Source: Geopsychrobacteraceae bacterium
Lineage (GTDB): Bacteria > Desulfobacterota > Desulfuromonadia > Desulfuromonadales > Geopsychrobacteraceae
Length of the DNA: 64,000 nt
Direction: 5' to 3'
Assembly: GCA_963676795.2 (NCBI GenBank)
Contig: CAXXTB010000001.1
Coordinates: 608,001-672,000, forward strand
Numbering within the stretch: position 1 is the stretch's first letter; every line of letters starts with the position of its first letter. A program made the translations under genes and the position numbers. Positions 29,792 through 38,815 of this stretch are shown here, in pieces. The notes beneath the pieces were generated by a model, which was not told the origin of the DNA, did no database searches, and worked only from the letters and a program-made list of their open reading frames with translations.

Positions 29792-29828
29792 GGTATCTTG
29801 CCGTGCAATGTGATTAAGGAGGACCGAT

Positions 29829-30809
29829 TTGATCCCTGGAATATCTGGTGGTCGACGCCGTTTTGCGGACTTGACCGAGCAGGAAATCCTGGCGTTGTCC
29901 ATTTCCAATGAAGAGGACGATGCTCGTATTTACCGGCAATATGCCGAGCATTTACGTGCCGAGTTTCCAGCTTCGGCAAAAGTATTTGATGGTATGGCGG
30001 AAGAGGAAGATGTCCACCGTCAGCATCTGATCGATGCTCATAAGAAGAAGTTCGGTGACGTGATTCCGTTGATCCGTCGCGAGCACGTTTCCGGCTACTA
30101 CGCACGTAAGCCGGTCTGGTTGGTGAAGAATCTCAATCTCGAGAAGATCCGCAGCGAAGCTTACGAGATGGAGCGCCAGGCGGAACAGTTCTATCGCAAA
30201 GCGGCTCAGAAGGCGACGGATGCTGACATCCGCAAGCTGCTCGGTGATCTGGCGAAATTTGAGGCCGGACACTGTGAACTGGCCGGGACCCTTGAGGCGG
30301 AGCTGCTGACCGAAGATGAGCGTGGCGATGAGGATCGTGCCGCACATCGCCAGTTCGTCCTGACCTGGGTTCAGCCGGGGCTGGCGGGGCTGATGGATGG
30401 TTCGGTTTCGACCCTGGCTCCGATCTTTGCGACCGCTTTTGCGACCCATAATACCCATACCACCTTTCTGGTCGGTCTGGCGGCCAGTGTCGGTGCCGGT
30501 ATCTCGATGGGCTTTACCGAGGCGGCATCGGATGATGGTGAGCTTTCCGGACGGGGCAGTCCAGTCAAGCGCGGGATCTCGGCCGGGGTGATGACCACTC
30601 TGGGCGGTCTTGGTCACGCCATTCCGTATTTGATTCCGCATTTCTGGACGGCAACCATCGTTGCCCTGGTTCTGGTCTTCTGTGAACTCTGGGCGATTGC
30701 CTGGATTCAGAACCGTTACATGGAGACCCCGTTCATGCGCGCGGCGTTCCAGGTCGTGCTCGGCGGGGCGCTGGTCTTCGCTGCCGGAGCGCTGATCGGT
30801 GGCGGTTGA
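29829..30809 (+). CDS. mbfA: MbfA iron exporter (rubrerythrin-like diiron domain fused to VIT1/CCC1)
   Basis: LALSISNEEDD, EEDVH, FEAGH, VQPGLAGLMDGSVSTLAPIFA and GISMGFTEAASDDG; AAGGAGG RBS with TTG start. Confidence 0.9.
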   Translation: MIPGISGGRRRFADLTEQEILALSISNEEDDARIYRQYAEHLRAEFPASAKVFDGMAEEEDVHRQHLIDAHKKKFGDVIPLIRREHVSGYYARKPVWLVKNLNLEKIRSEAYEMERQAEQFYRKAAQKATDADIRKLLGDLAKFEAGHCELAGTLEAELLTEDERGDEDRAAHRQFVLTWVQPGLAGLMDGSVSTLAPIFATAFATHNTHTTFLVGLAASVGAGISMGFTEAASDDGELSGRGSPVKRGISAGVMTTLGGLGHAIPYLIPHFWTATIVALVLVFCELWAIAWIQNRYMETPFMRAAFQVVLGGALVFAAGALIGGG

Positions 30810-30829
30810 CACATACGGGTTATAACAAC

Positions 30830-30862
30830 AAAAAGCTCTCCACTGATGTGGGGAGCTTTTTT
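30830..30862 (+). terminator. Rho-independent terminator after mbfA, possibly bidirectional
   Basis: aaaaagctctccac-tgat-gtggggagctttttt. Confidence 0.85.
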
Positions 30863-30883
30863 GTATATTTCTGCTTTAAAATA

Positions 30884-30926
30884 AATTCGGTTCTGCCCGT
30901 CAGATGAGCAAAGCTCATCGTTGGGC
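30884..30926. repeat. REP-like hairpin repeat, copy 2
   Basis: 38/43 identical to 14886-14928. Confidence 0.75.
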
Positions 30927-30991
30927 GCTCTGCATTCAGCTGGTGCATTGCTACGCAAGAAACGCAGGCTTACTTCCGACAATATAAAAGG

Positions 30992-31174
30992 GCGTTTTTG
31001 TACCCTTTTGAGGCCCGGGTCAAAAGGGTGTCGCCGGCGGGGGCGAGACCCCGCGACTTTGATTTTCAAATCGACAAACATCAAAATCAACACCAACACC
31101 AGAATCGGCGGGTCTCGTCCCGCCAGACGACACCCTTTTCTTTGTGTGCAAAGAAAAGGGTGCAAAAGAAACGC
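30992..31174. repeat. REPIN/MITE-like inverted doublet
   Basis: Arms 30992-31056 and 31105-31174 are inverted homologues, each with its own acccttt...aaagggt hairpin. Confidence 0.7.
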
Positions 31175-31327
31175 TAAAGTCAACGGCATCGGTGAGAGAG
31201 TGTTCGACGTATCTTCGCAGGCTTTGGTCAGCAACTCTCTTCACGCTCAGACAAGATGCTGCGCATCTTGAATTCGCGGAATCGCAAAGCCGGTTCCCGG
31301 CTTGATAGTTGAAACAGGCTCAAACCT

Positions 31328-32269
31328 TTATGGTCGGCACTCCGCACACTGTGAGCGAAACAAGTTGGTGCTCAGGTAGCGGTCGCCGCGGTCCGGCAGC
31401 AGGGTGACGATGGTGCCGCTGTCGATGGTTTTGGCAACTTTCAGGGCGCCAGCGACGGCGGCTCCGCTTGACATTCCGACAAAGAGTCCAAGACCGGTTG
31501 CCAGTTTGCGGGCCATGCTGTAGGCCTCCTCATCTTCAACCAGCAATTTGCGATCGAGGAGCTGCTCGTCATAGATCTTCGGTACGATCGCTTCCTGCAT
31601 GTTCTTCAGTCCCTGGATCCTGTGCCCGAGTCCTGGTTCCACACCAATGATCCTGACCTGCGGAGCGACCTTTTGAAAGTAGCGACTCATCCCCATCAGG
31701 GTTCCTGACGTTCCCATTCCGGCCACGAAGTAATCGATCTCACCGCCACATTGCCGCATGATCTCCGGACCGGTTGTCTCAAAATGGGCCAACGGGTTGT
31801 TCGGGTTGCTGTACTGATCGGGCATGAAATAGCGATCCGGCTCTTCCTGAAGGATCTTGTGGGCCAGACGGATAGCTCCGTCGGTCATTTCACCCCCGGG
31901 GGAGAGCACGGTTTCTGCGCCGTAGGCTTCGAGAATACCGCGTCGCTCAATGCTGACGCAGGCCGGCATGACCAGCTTGACCCTGTAGCCTTTGGCGGCA
32001 CCGATCATGGCAATAGCGATTCCGGTATTGCCCGAGGTCGGTTCCAGGATGGTCTTGTCGCGGGTCAGCAACCCGGCGTCTTCTGCCTTGCTGATCATGT
32101 AGAGAGCCGGACGATCCTTGACCGAACCGCCCGGATTACTCCCCTCCAGCTTGGCCAGCAGGCGTACCCCCGGTTTTTCTGTCAGGATCGAGATATCGAT
32201 CAGTGGCGTGTTGCCGATTGAACCGATCAGGCCGGGAATGTAAGGGGGTTCCGATTGCGGATTGAGCAT
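31328..32269 (-). CDS. cysM: Cysteine synthase B-like enzyme with a C-terminal CxxC
   Basis: [31 protein letters not shown] and PDRGDRYLS; tail CAECRP. Confidence 0.8.
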   Translation of the reverse strand: MLNPQSEPPYIPGLIGSIGNTPLIDISILTEKPGVRLLAKLEGSNPGGSVKDRPALYMISKAEDAGLLTRDKTILEPTSGNTGIAIAMIGAAKGYRVKLVMPACVSIERRGILEAYGAETVLSPGGEMTDGAIRLAHKILQEEPDRYFMPDQYSNPNNPLAHFETTGPEIMRQCGGEIDYFVAGMGTSGTLMGMSRYFQKVAPQVRIIGVEPGLGHRIQGLKNMQEAIVPKIYDEQLLDRKLLVEDEEAYSMARKLATGLGLFVGMSSGAAVAGALKVAKTIDSGTIVTLLPDRGDRYLSTNLFRSQCAECRP

Positions 32270-32286
32270 CTGTTCAGATCCTTTTC

Positions 32287-34128
32287 TCAGATAATTCCAT
32301 GGAGTGGTCCGCCGCGCTCAGCCAGGGAGTCGACTTGCTTTTCAACCTCAGGTACGTCGATCAGCGGTGGTGCATGATGAGGTTTGCTGCGTGCGTCGAT
32401 AATGACCGAGCCTTTACAGCCCCAGTGTTTGTTTGCTGTGAAGCTGGCGATGCCATAGACATCTGAAGCCGGGTTGGAACGGGTAAAGCACACCCACAGC
32501 CAGTTGTTGAGAGTGGCAGAGCAGAATTCGCTGTCGTCGACGATGATGATCAGCGGAAAACGGTTGATGACGTCATCTTCCGTCAGCTCTGCGAAGGCCA
32601 TTTGCAGTAGCGGATCTTCACTGTCGCGGGCGCTCAGGCACTGTGGTCCCTCGATCAGAAGAATCCCGGGGGTGGCGATTCTCGGCTTGGAGTAACCGTC
32701 CGGCAGACGCAGATTTTCCGGAATCTGCCGGGGCAGTTCGCGGCGCTTCGGACCGCTGGCAGCGATAATCAGTTTCGATCCCTGGTTGAGGCCATGCCCC
32801 GAGTAATCGAGGGTGTCGATGGTTGTTCTGGTTTGGAAATGGAGATCGCGGGCAGGATCGAAGCGTTCCAGGACATGCTGGAAAAAGGCCGGAACATCAT
32901 GAATGTCCAGCTTTGGGCCATCATTTTCAGCGGTGATCAGCAGATACTTGGCCAGAGACAGCTGTCCCTGGCCAAGAACGGCGTTTGCCTGGGTCAGCAG
33001 TTCCTGCGGCTGATCTGCATTTGAATAGGGGGTGTAGCGTTCGCTGCCGATCGCCAGCAGCAGCGGATGGACGCCGGTCGCGTCGACGGCATGAACCGCC
33101 CTGATTCCGGGCAGAACCTGCGGGATCAGTTCGCCGGTCAGCTCATGGATGAAGGCACCGAAACTGGTATCTTCCTGGGGCGGGCGGCCAACGCTGGTAA
33201 AGGGCCAGATGGCATCGCTGCGATGGTAGACCTTGTCGACTTTGATGACCGGAAAATCGTGCGTCAGTGAATAGTAGCCGACATGATCGCCGAATGGCCC
33301 TTCCGGTTTACACTGGTGCGGATCGAGAGTGCCGCAGATGACGAAATCGGCCTCGGCCGGAAACGGGAGCTGGCCGGGCTGACGGATCATTGTCAGGCGC
33401 CGGCCGCCGAGCAGTCCGGCAAATGAGAGTTCCGGCATCCCTTCCGGCAGCGGCATGACAGCAGCCAGAGTCAGGCTGGGCGGGCCACCGACAAAGATAT
33501 TGACCTTGAGCGGCCGGCCTGTGGCGAGTGCCTGCTGATGATGGATACCGATCCCCCGGTGGGTCTGGTAATGCAGGCCAATCTCACGATCCTGTTGATA
33601 GTCGTTGCCTGAGATCTGGATGCGGTACATCCCCAGGTTGGAAAAACGGTAACCGGGAGTGTCGGGCGCTTCCGTATAAACCTGTGGCAGGGTAATAAAG
33701 GCGCCGCCATCGTCTGGCCAGGATTTGATCTGGGGCAATTCGCCGATGCTTGTCTGACACTGCATGACCGGGCCGGATCTGACGGTCTTCGGCAACAGGT
33801 GGAGCGCGCCAAGCGGAGCCTGCAGCCAGCTGGCCGGATCTTTCAGGGCCGTCTTCGGATCGATCTTCAGTTTGACCAGGGTTTCGACCCGGCGCAGGCT
33901 GTCGCGGAACAGATAGCGGGTTCGCTCCATGGTCCCGAACAGGTTGGCCAGCGCCGGAAAACGGCAGCCGGTCAGGTTGGTGAACAGCAGGGCCGGCCCC
34001 TGGTGCTGGTAGACCCTGCGCTGGATCGCTCCGGCAACCAGGTTCGGATCGACCGGTTGTTCGATGCAGATCAGTTGCCCGCTGCTGGTCAGGTCGTCAA
34101 CCGCCTGTCTGAGATTTCTGTAACCCAT
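32287..34128 (-). CDS. UbiD-family prFMN decarboxylase, long form
   Basis: GPALLF, ANLFGT..R, WPDDGG.FITLP, NLGMYR, EGPFGDH and GRPPQED. Confidence 0.88.
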   Translation of the reverse strand: MGYRNLRQAVDDLTSSGQLICIEQPVDPNLVAGAIQRRVYQHQGPALLFTNLTGCRFPALANLFGTMERTRYLFRDSLRRVETLVKLKIDPKTALKDPASWLQAPLGALHLLPKTVRSGPVMQCQTSIGELPQIKSWPDDGGAFITLPQVYTEAPDTPGYRFSNLGMYRIQISGNDYQQDREIGLHYQTHRGIGIHHQQALATGRPLKVNIFVGGPPSLTLAAVMPLPEGMPELSFAGLLGGRRLTMIRQPGQLPFPAEADFVICGTLDPHQCKPEGPFGDHVGYYSLTHDFPVIKVDKVYHRSDAIWPFTSVGRPPQEDTSFGAFIHELTGELIPQVLPGIRAVHAVDATGVHPLLLAIGSERYTPYSNADQPQELLTQANAVLGQGQLSLAKYLLITAENDGPKLDIHDVPAFFQHVLERFDPARDLHFQTRTTIDTLDYSGHGLNQGSKLIIAASGPKRRELPRQIPENLRLPDGYSKPRIATPGILLIEGPQCLSARDSEDPLLQMAFAELTEDDVINRFPLIIIVDDSEFCSATLNNWLWVCFTRSNPASDVYGIASFTANKHWGCKGSVIIDARSKPHHAPPLIDVPEVEKQVDSLAERGGPLHGII

Positions 34129-34288
34129 AATAATTCATCCCTTGCTGGCCACGAATATTACTTGAGGGGATGGTAAAAGGCAATCTTTGCCGGTTTGCTA
34201 GCGGGCCATAGTACTTTTGGGAATGCTTCGGGGACAAACTTTCGCTATAACTAATAAAGGACTGTAAAATTTCCGCTGCAGGGGATCT

Positions 34289-35872
34289 ATGCGCATCTGT
34301 CTGGCCATCAAATATACGCTGATTATCAGTATCGTCCTGATCCTGGTTATGTCGATCAGCGCTTTCCTGCATATTGATAAGGTTCAGAGAATCTTTGCCA
34401 ACAAGGCAATGCATGAAGCCGATCTGATCAGCGAAATGATCATTCTCGATTCCTACCACCTGATGCTGGAAGACAATCGGGAACAACTGCAGTTGATGAT
34501 CGAAAAGGTCGGGGCCTCGGATAAAATAAAGCAGGTCAGAATCCTCGGCCGTGAGGGGGTTGTCGATTTCTCGGCAGACAAAGCGGAGATCGGGACCGCG
34601 CTGGGAGCCAAAGATGAAAGTTGCAGTTTCTGTCATCTGCCCGATTCCAGGGTTTTGAGCAATGCGCCGGTGGAAACCCGCAGCAAGCTTTTCAGCGATG
34701 CCGAAGGGGAACAGTCGCTGCGGATCATCCGCGGTATTTACAACGATCCCAACTGTTCTACGGCTGCCTGTCATTTTCATGATGCCTCTCAGAGTAAAAT
34801 CGGCGTTCTGGATATGGTCCTGGTCCTTGATCAGATGACGGCGCTGAGCAAGACCCATCATAGCGATGTGATTGTTTCCACGCTGATTATGATTGTTCTT
34901 CTTTCCGGGTTTCATTTTCTGCTTACCCGCAGGTATTTGAGCCGGCCGATCCGCAGTTTGCTGGAACAGAGCAAGGCGCTGGCCAAAGGGGATCTGTCCG
35001 CGCGGGTGCGTACAATCCCCAAGGATGAACTTGGCGAGCTGGCCCAATCTTTCAATGATATGGCGGATAACCTGGCACGAGCCCAGGACGAGCTCAAAGA
35101 GTGGGGAGGAACGCTGGAGCAGAAGGTCGAGGAGCGGACCGCCGAGATGGCCCGCATGCAGAGTCAGTTGGTCAGAACGGCAAAGCTGGCGTCAATGGGG
35201 CAGCTGGTCGCCGGTGTTGCTCATGAGATCAACAACCCGCTGACCGGAATACTGATGTTCGCCTCGCTGTCGGCCAAAACCCCGGAGCTTCCGCAGCAGG
35301 TCAGGGATAACCTGGAGCTGATCGTTTCTGAAACCAATCGCTGCGCCCGGATCGTCCGTGGCCTGTTGGAGTTCGCCCGTGAGTCGATCCCGGAGAAAAG
35401 ACCGGTCGATCTGAATGAGCTGCTGGCCCGGACCCTGGCCCTGGTCTCGCAGCAGGCCATCTTTCAAAATATTGAAATCTCCTGTCGTTACGGCAAGAAT
35501 CTGCCCCGCTTGCAGGCTGATGCGGATCAATTGAGACAGGTCTTCTTCAATATGATTATCAATGCCGGGCAGGCCATGCCCAACGGCGGAACCCTGCAGA
35601 TCAAAACCCGGCTGCTGGAGAGCGGAGATGAGATTCTGGTCGTCATTGAAGATAGCGGTGTCGGTATCAGTCCGGAAAATCTCGAGCGGATTTTCGATCC
35701 GTTCTTCTCGACGAAATCACAGGAAGGCTTCGGTCTTGGTCTGTCAGTCTCTTACGGTATTATCAAGAATCACGGCGGGCGTTTTGACGTGATCAGTAAA
35801 GAGGGGCAGGGGACAAGCTTCAGAATCTACCTGCCTCTGGTTCTGGATCAATCCGTTCAGGAAGGTGGCTGA
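34289..35872 (+). CDS. Sensor histidine kinase with periplasmic heme-c motifs and HAMP
   Basis: CSFCH and CSTAACH between two TM segments; DELGELAQSFN, GVAHEINNP, DSGVGI and GFGLGL. Confidence 0.92.
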   Translation: MRICLAIKYTLIISIVLILVMSISAFLHIDKVQRIFANKAMHEADLISEMIILDSYHLMLEDNREQLQLMIEKVGASDKIKQVRILGREGVVDFSADKAEIGTALGAKDESCSFCHLPDSRVLSNAPVETRSKLFSDAEGEQSLRIIRGIYNDPNCSTAACHFHDASQSKIGVLDMVLVLDQMTALSKTHHSDVIVSTLIMIVLLSGFHFLLTRRYLSRPIRSLLEQSKALAKGDLSARVRTIPKDELGELAQSFNDMADNLARAQDELKEWGGTLEQKVEERTAEMARMQSQLVRTAKLASMGQLVAGVAHEINNPLTGILMFASLSAKTPELPQQVRDNLELIVSETNRCARIVRGLLEFARESIPEKRPVDLNELLARTLALVSQQAIFQNIEISCRYGKNLPRLQADADQLRQVFFNMIINAGQAMPNGGTLQIKTRLLESGDEILVVIEDSGVGISPENLERIFDPFFSTKSQEGFGLGLSVSYGIIKNHGGRFDVISKEGQGTSFRIYLPLVLDQSVQEGG

Positions 35873-35873
35873 A

Positions 35874-37307
35874 TCAGGGTAGATGGTCCTTGACAGAAAT
35901 GCCGAGTTTTTTGAGTAGCGCCTGGAAATTGGGCCTGAGCATACCTGTCTCTTCGGCCGCTTTGGTGATATTCCAGTCGTTGCGTTTCAGGGCGGCATAG
36001 ACAAAGGCTTTTTCAATCGGTTCGACAGCCTGTTCGCGGATTTTACGCTTCAGCTCTTTAAGCTCTTCGCTGTTCTGAGGAGCGATGATTTCAGTTGCAG
36101 CTCTGGGGAAGGCCGTTTCCGCCTGGAGTCCTGGCAGTTCGAGGCTGTCGCGATCGATCTGTCTGCCGTGGCAGAGGACCACGGCACGTTCGATGATGTT
36201 TTCCAGCTCCCGGACATTGCCGGGAAAGGTGTAACTACTCAAGGCCGCATAGGCATCGGCGCTCAGGCCGCTGATCTCCTTGCCGATCTCGCTGGAGAAG
36301 CGTTTCAGAAAGAAATTGATCAGCAGCGGCAGATCTCCCTGGCGTTCGCGCAGCGGGGGGATGTCGATCGGGATGATATTGAGACGGAAGTAAAGATCAT
36401 CGCGGAACTTTCCTTCTTCGACCATTTTTTCAAGGCTGCGGTTGGTTGCCGCAATCAGCCGGATGTCAATTGCTGCTGCCTTTGTTCCCCCTATCGGAGT
36501 GACTTCGCGCTGTTGCAGAACCCGAAGCAGTTTGGCCTGGGTCGCCATGCTCAGGTTGGCGATCTCGTCAAGAAACAGGGTGCCGCCATCCGCGACAGTA
36601 AACAGCCCCGGTTTTGACTGGGTTGCGCCGGTGAATGAGCCCTTGACGTGGCCGAACAGCTCGCTTTCGAGCAGGGTCTCCGGCAGCGAATTGCAGTCGA
36701 TGGCAACAAAAGTCTGATCCTTTCTGGTGCTTTTGCTGTGTATCGCTCTGGCAATCAGCTCTTTACCGGTTCCGCTTTCACCGGTGATGAGTACGGAGCT
36801 GTTGGTCGGGGCCACCTGGACAATCCGCTTGAAGACTTTCTGTATGGCGGCACTTTTGCCGATCATCATCTCGGCAAAATCGGCCGACAGGTCTTCACTG
36901 GTCAGGGGCTCTGGACTGCTGTGGCGCTGCTGAGCAATGGCGGCGGCAACCTTGGAGCAGATCTCTTCGGGGAGGAAGGGTTTGGTTAGATAATCAAAGG
37001 CTCCGTTGCGCATGGCATCGACCGCCGAGTCGACGGTGGCAAACCCGGTAATGATGATGACCGGAACATCAGGCTGAAGAATCTGGATCGTTTTCAGCAC
37101 TTCCATGCCGCTCATGATCGGCATCTTCAGGTCACTGATGACAGCGTTGAATCTCCCTTTCTGCAGTTTTTCCAGACCAATCTTGCCATTCTCCGCCAGC
37201 TCGACCAGATAGCCCTCACCGGTCAGGGCCTGCCTCAGCCCTTCACGGATGGACATTTCGTCATCGATAACCAGAATGTTTTTAACAGGCGCGCTGTTTG
37301 CGGACAT
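35874..37307 (-). CDS. bccR: Sigma54-dependent response regulator, BccR-like (divergent from the cbcBA operon)
   Basis: REC domain, GESGTGKE, GSFTGA, FPGNVREL and HTH; the bccR name rests on recalled synteny only. Confidence 0.75.
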   Translation of the reverse strand: MSANSAPVKNILVIDDEMSIREGLRQALTGEGYLVELAENGKIGLEKLQKGRFNAVISDLKMPIMSGMEVLKTIQILQPDVPVIIITGFATVDSAVDAMRNGAFDYLTKPFLPEEICSKVAAAIAQQRHSSPEPLTSEDLSADFAEMMIGKSAAIQKVFKRIVQVAPTNSSVLITGESGTGKELIARAIHSKSTRKDQTFVAIDCNSLPETLLESELFGHVKGSFTGATQSKPGLFTVADGGTLFLDEIANLSMATQAKLLRVLQQREVTPIGGTKAAAIDIRLIAATNRSLEKMVEEGKFRDDLYFRLNIIPIDIPPLRERQGDLPLLINFFLKRFSSEIGKEISGLSADAYAALSSYTFPGNVRELENIIERAVVLCHGRQIDRDSLELPGLQAETAFPRAATEIIAPQNSEELKELKRKIREQAVEPIEKAFVYAALKRNDWNITKAAEETGMLRPNFQALLKKLGISVKDHLP

Positions 37308-37401
37308 CGGTTCTCCTGCAAGTGTGGCAGATGCTGTCGACCTTCTTGGATATTAGCCTAAATAAAATTCTATGAGCACCTAAAAGAATGAAATATCGGC
37401 G

Positions 37402-37580
37402 GTATACATATTTTAACAGACCTTTTGTCTGGCAGAAGTATGAATATAACATACAGCATTATTGAGGCTGTTTTGCTGTTGTTTTTGTAAAGTTTTGTAA
37501 TTTCAGTTGGTTAGGATTTTTTTTGGGATTATACGTGAAGGTATTCAAAAACAGCTCAAACGTATAAAAAATTTATACGT
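37402..37580. promoter_or_regulatory. Putative enhancer sites (GTAT-N9-ATAC) for the BccR-like activator
   Basis: acgtataaa-aaa-tttatacgt (37560-37580), gtatgaatataacatac (37438-37454) and degenerate gtatacatattttaaca (37402-37418). Confidence 0.55.
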
Positions 37581-37634
37581 CTAAAACGGCAGTTGTCATT
37601 TAGTGAAATGTGGAAAAGGTTGATTGTTTCATAA

Positions 37635-37647
37635 TATCAGCTAGTTA
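37635..37647 (+). promoter_or_regulatory. IHF binding site
   Basis: TATCAG-CTAG-TTA matches WATCAR-N4-TTR and lies between the UAS and the sigma54 promoter. Confidence 0.6.
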
Positions 37648-37675
37648 GGATTTAATTTGGGGATCCGTTTTGGCT

Positions 37676-37690
37676 TGGCACGACTTCTGT
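37676..37690 (+). promoter_or_regulatory. Sigma54 -24/-12 promoter of the cbcBA operon
   Basis: TGGCACGACTTCTGT: consensus -24 and a GT variant at -12 with correct spacing. Confidence 0.7.
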
Positions 37691-37745
37691 ATAAGAAAAG
37701 GGAAAGTATCGTAGATAACTCGTGCCCCTTAAAATGGAGGATCTT

Positions 37746-37988
37746 ATGAATACCATGCAAACTAAAATCGCTGGACTGATGGCTCTTATGCTTCTGATTT
37801 CGTCAAGTGCTTTTGCTGCCGAAGGTGGTGCAGGCGTTGCCGGCTCTCTGCTGCTGATCCTGTTCCTTGGCTTTTTTGCTCTGATCATTGTTTTTCAACT
37901 GGTCCCTGCGTTTCTGCTGTTTGCCGGGCTGCTCAAAGGCCTGTTCGGCAAGCCCCAGGAAGCTCGGCAGAAAACTTCACGGATCTGA
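37746..37988 (+). CDS. Small membrane protein with signal peptide (paralog A)
   Basis: GGAGG RBS; AFA cleavage motif; LFLGFFALIIVFQLVPAFLLFAGLLKGLF. Confidence 0.8.
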   Translation: MNTMQTKIAGLMALMLLISSSAFAAEGGAGVAGSLLLILFLGFFALIIVFQLVPAFLLFAGLLKGLFGKPQEARQKTSRI

Positions 37989-38011
37989 ACAGTTTGATCA
38001 GGGGGTGACCT

Positions 38012-38455
38012 ATGAAGGGTCTTCTTATCGCGAACAAGGATGGTGAAGCCAGAAGCCAGCTTGAAGCTATGTTGCAGAGTTCGGCTTACGGGATCACAAC
38101 AACCGATTCGGTGGCGAATGCGCTGGAAGGCATTTTGAATAAATCGGTTCAGGTTGTGCTGATCAGCGGTCGTTTTGACGAGCATTATGTCGCCAAGTTT
38201 GTTCCGTTGCTCAAAAAGTGTGACCGGCATCTGGAAATTATTCTGGTTGCCGATGAAATGCCGTTGGAACTGTTGCGTTGCATCCGCAAGGAAGGCATTT
38301 TTTATCACGCCCTTCAGCCCGCTGAAGGGGACAGTTGGGACGAGATCCGTCAGGCTGTAGAATGCGCCTTCGCCAGTTATGATCAGCATAAAGATGGATT
38401 CCAGACTCTTTCTCTCGGAAGAGCCAGAGCCATATTGAGTAGTCTCTACTCGTAG
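38012..38455 (+). CDS. Atypical (pseudo-)receiver domain protein
   Basis: REC-fold pattern, but the phospho-Asp position is Ser (VVLISG) and the conserved Lys is Gln (ALQP). Confidence 0.7.
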   Translation: MKGLLIANKDGEARSQLEAMLQSSAYGITTTDSVANALEGILNKSVQVVLISGRFDEHYVAKFVPLLKKCDRHLEIILVADEMPLELLRCIRKEGIFYHALQPAEGDSWDEIRQAVECAFASYDQHKDGFQTLSLGRARAILSSLYS

Positions 38456-38536
38456 TTCTGACGGATACGGCTGCCACGCAATTTCGGGTCAGTTGTCTTT
38501 TTGTACGTTGAGAACAATCGAAAAAAGGAAGGTCCT

Positions 38537-38779
38537 ATGTTTAGAAAAGTCCATTACCTGGTTGTTTTTCCGTTGTTGCTGGCTGTTGTCTCTCCGGCTT
38601 TTGCTGCTGGAGCGCCGCGTGAAGACAACAGTATGTTGCTGGTATATCTGTTCTTGGGATTCTGTGCCCTGATCGTCATCTGCCAGTTGATACCGGCAAT
38701 CCTGCTTTTTGTCGGCATGCTCAAAGGACTGTTCGGCCGTAAGGGCAAAACGACGCCAGTGCCGGTAAAAATCAAGTAG
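38537..38779 (+). CDS. Small membrane protein with signal peptide (paralog B)
   Basis: AFA motif; LFLGFCALIVICQLIPAILLFVGMLKGLF, aligns with paralog A. Confidence 0.8.
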   Translation: MFRKVHYLVVFPLLLAVVSPAFAAGAPREDNSMLLVYLFLGFCALIVICQLIPAILLFVGMLKGLFGRKGKTTPVPVKIK

Positions 38780-38815
38780 TCCGGCATTATCATCAGATAA
38801 GTATGGGGTCACGCC

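Noticed and set aside
30716..31271. ORFs of 74-172 aa across the repeat region
   Set aside because: They are translations of palindromic repeat DNA with no RBS and no transposase motifs
30884..31302. Possible CRISPR array
   Set aside because: Repeats are inverted rather than direct, there are no regular spacers, and no cas genes are present
31275..31310. CGCAAAGCC resembling a c-di-GMP-I riboswitch core
   Set aside because: No upstream GAAA-capped stem or matching P1, and it lies at gene 3' ends
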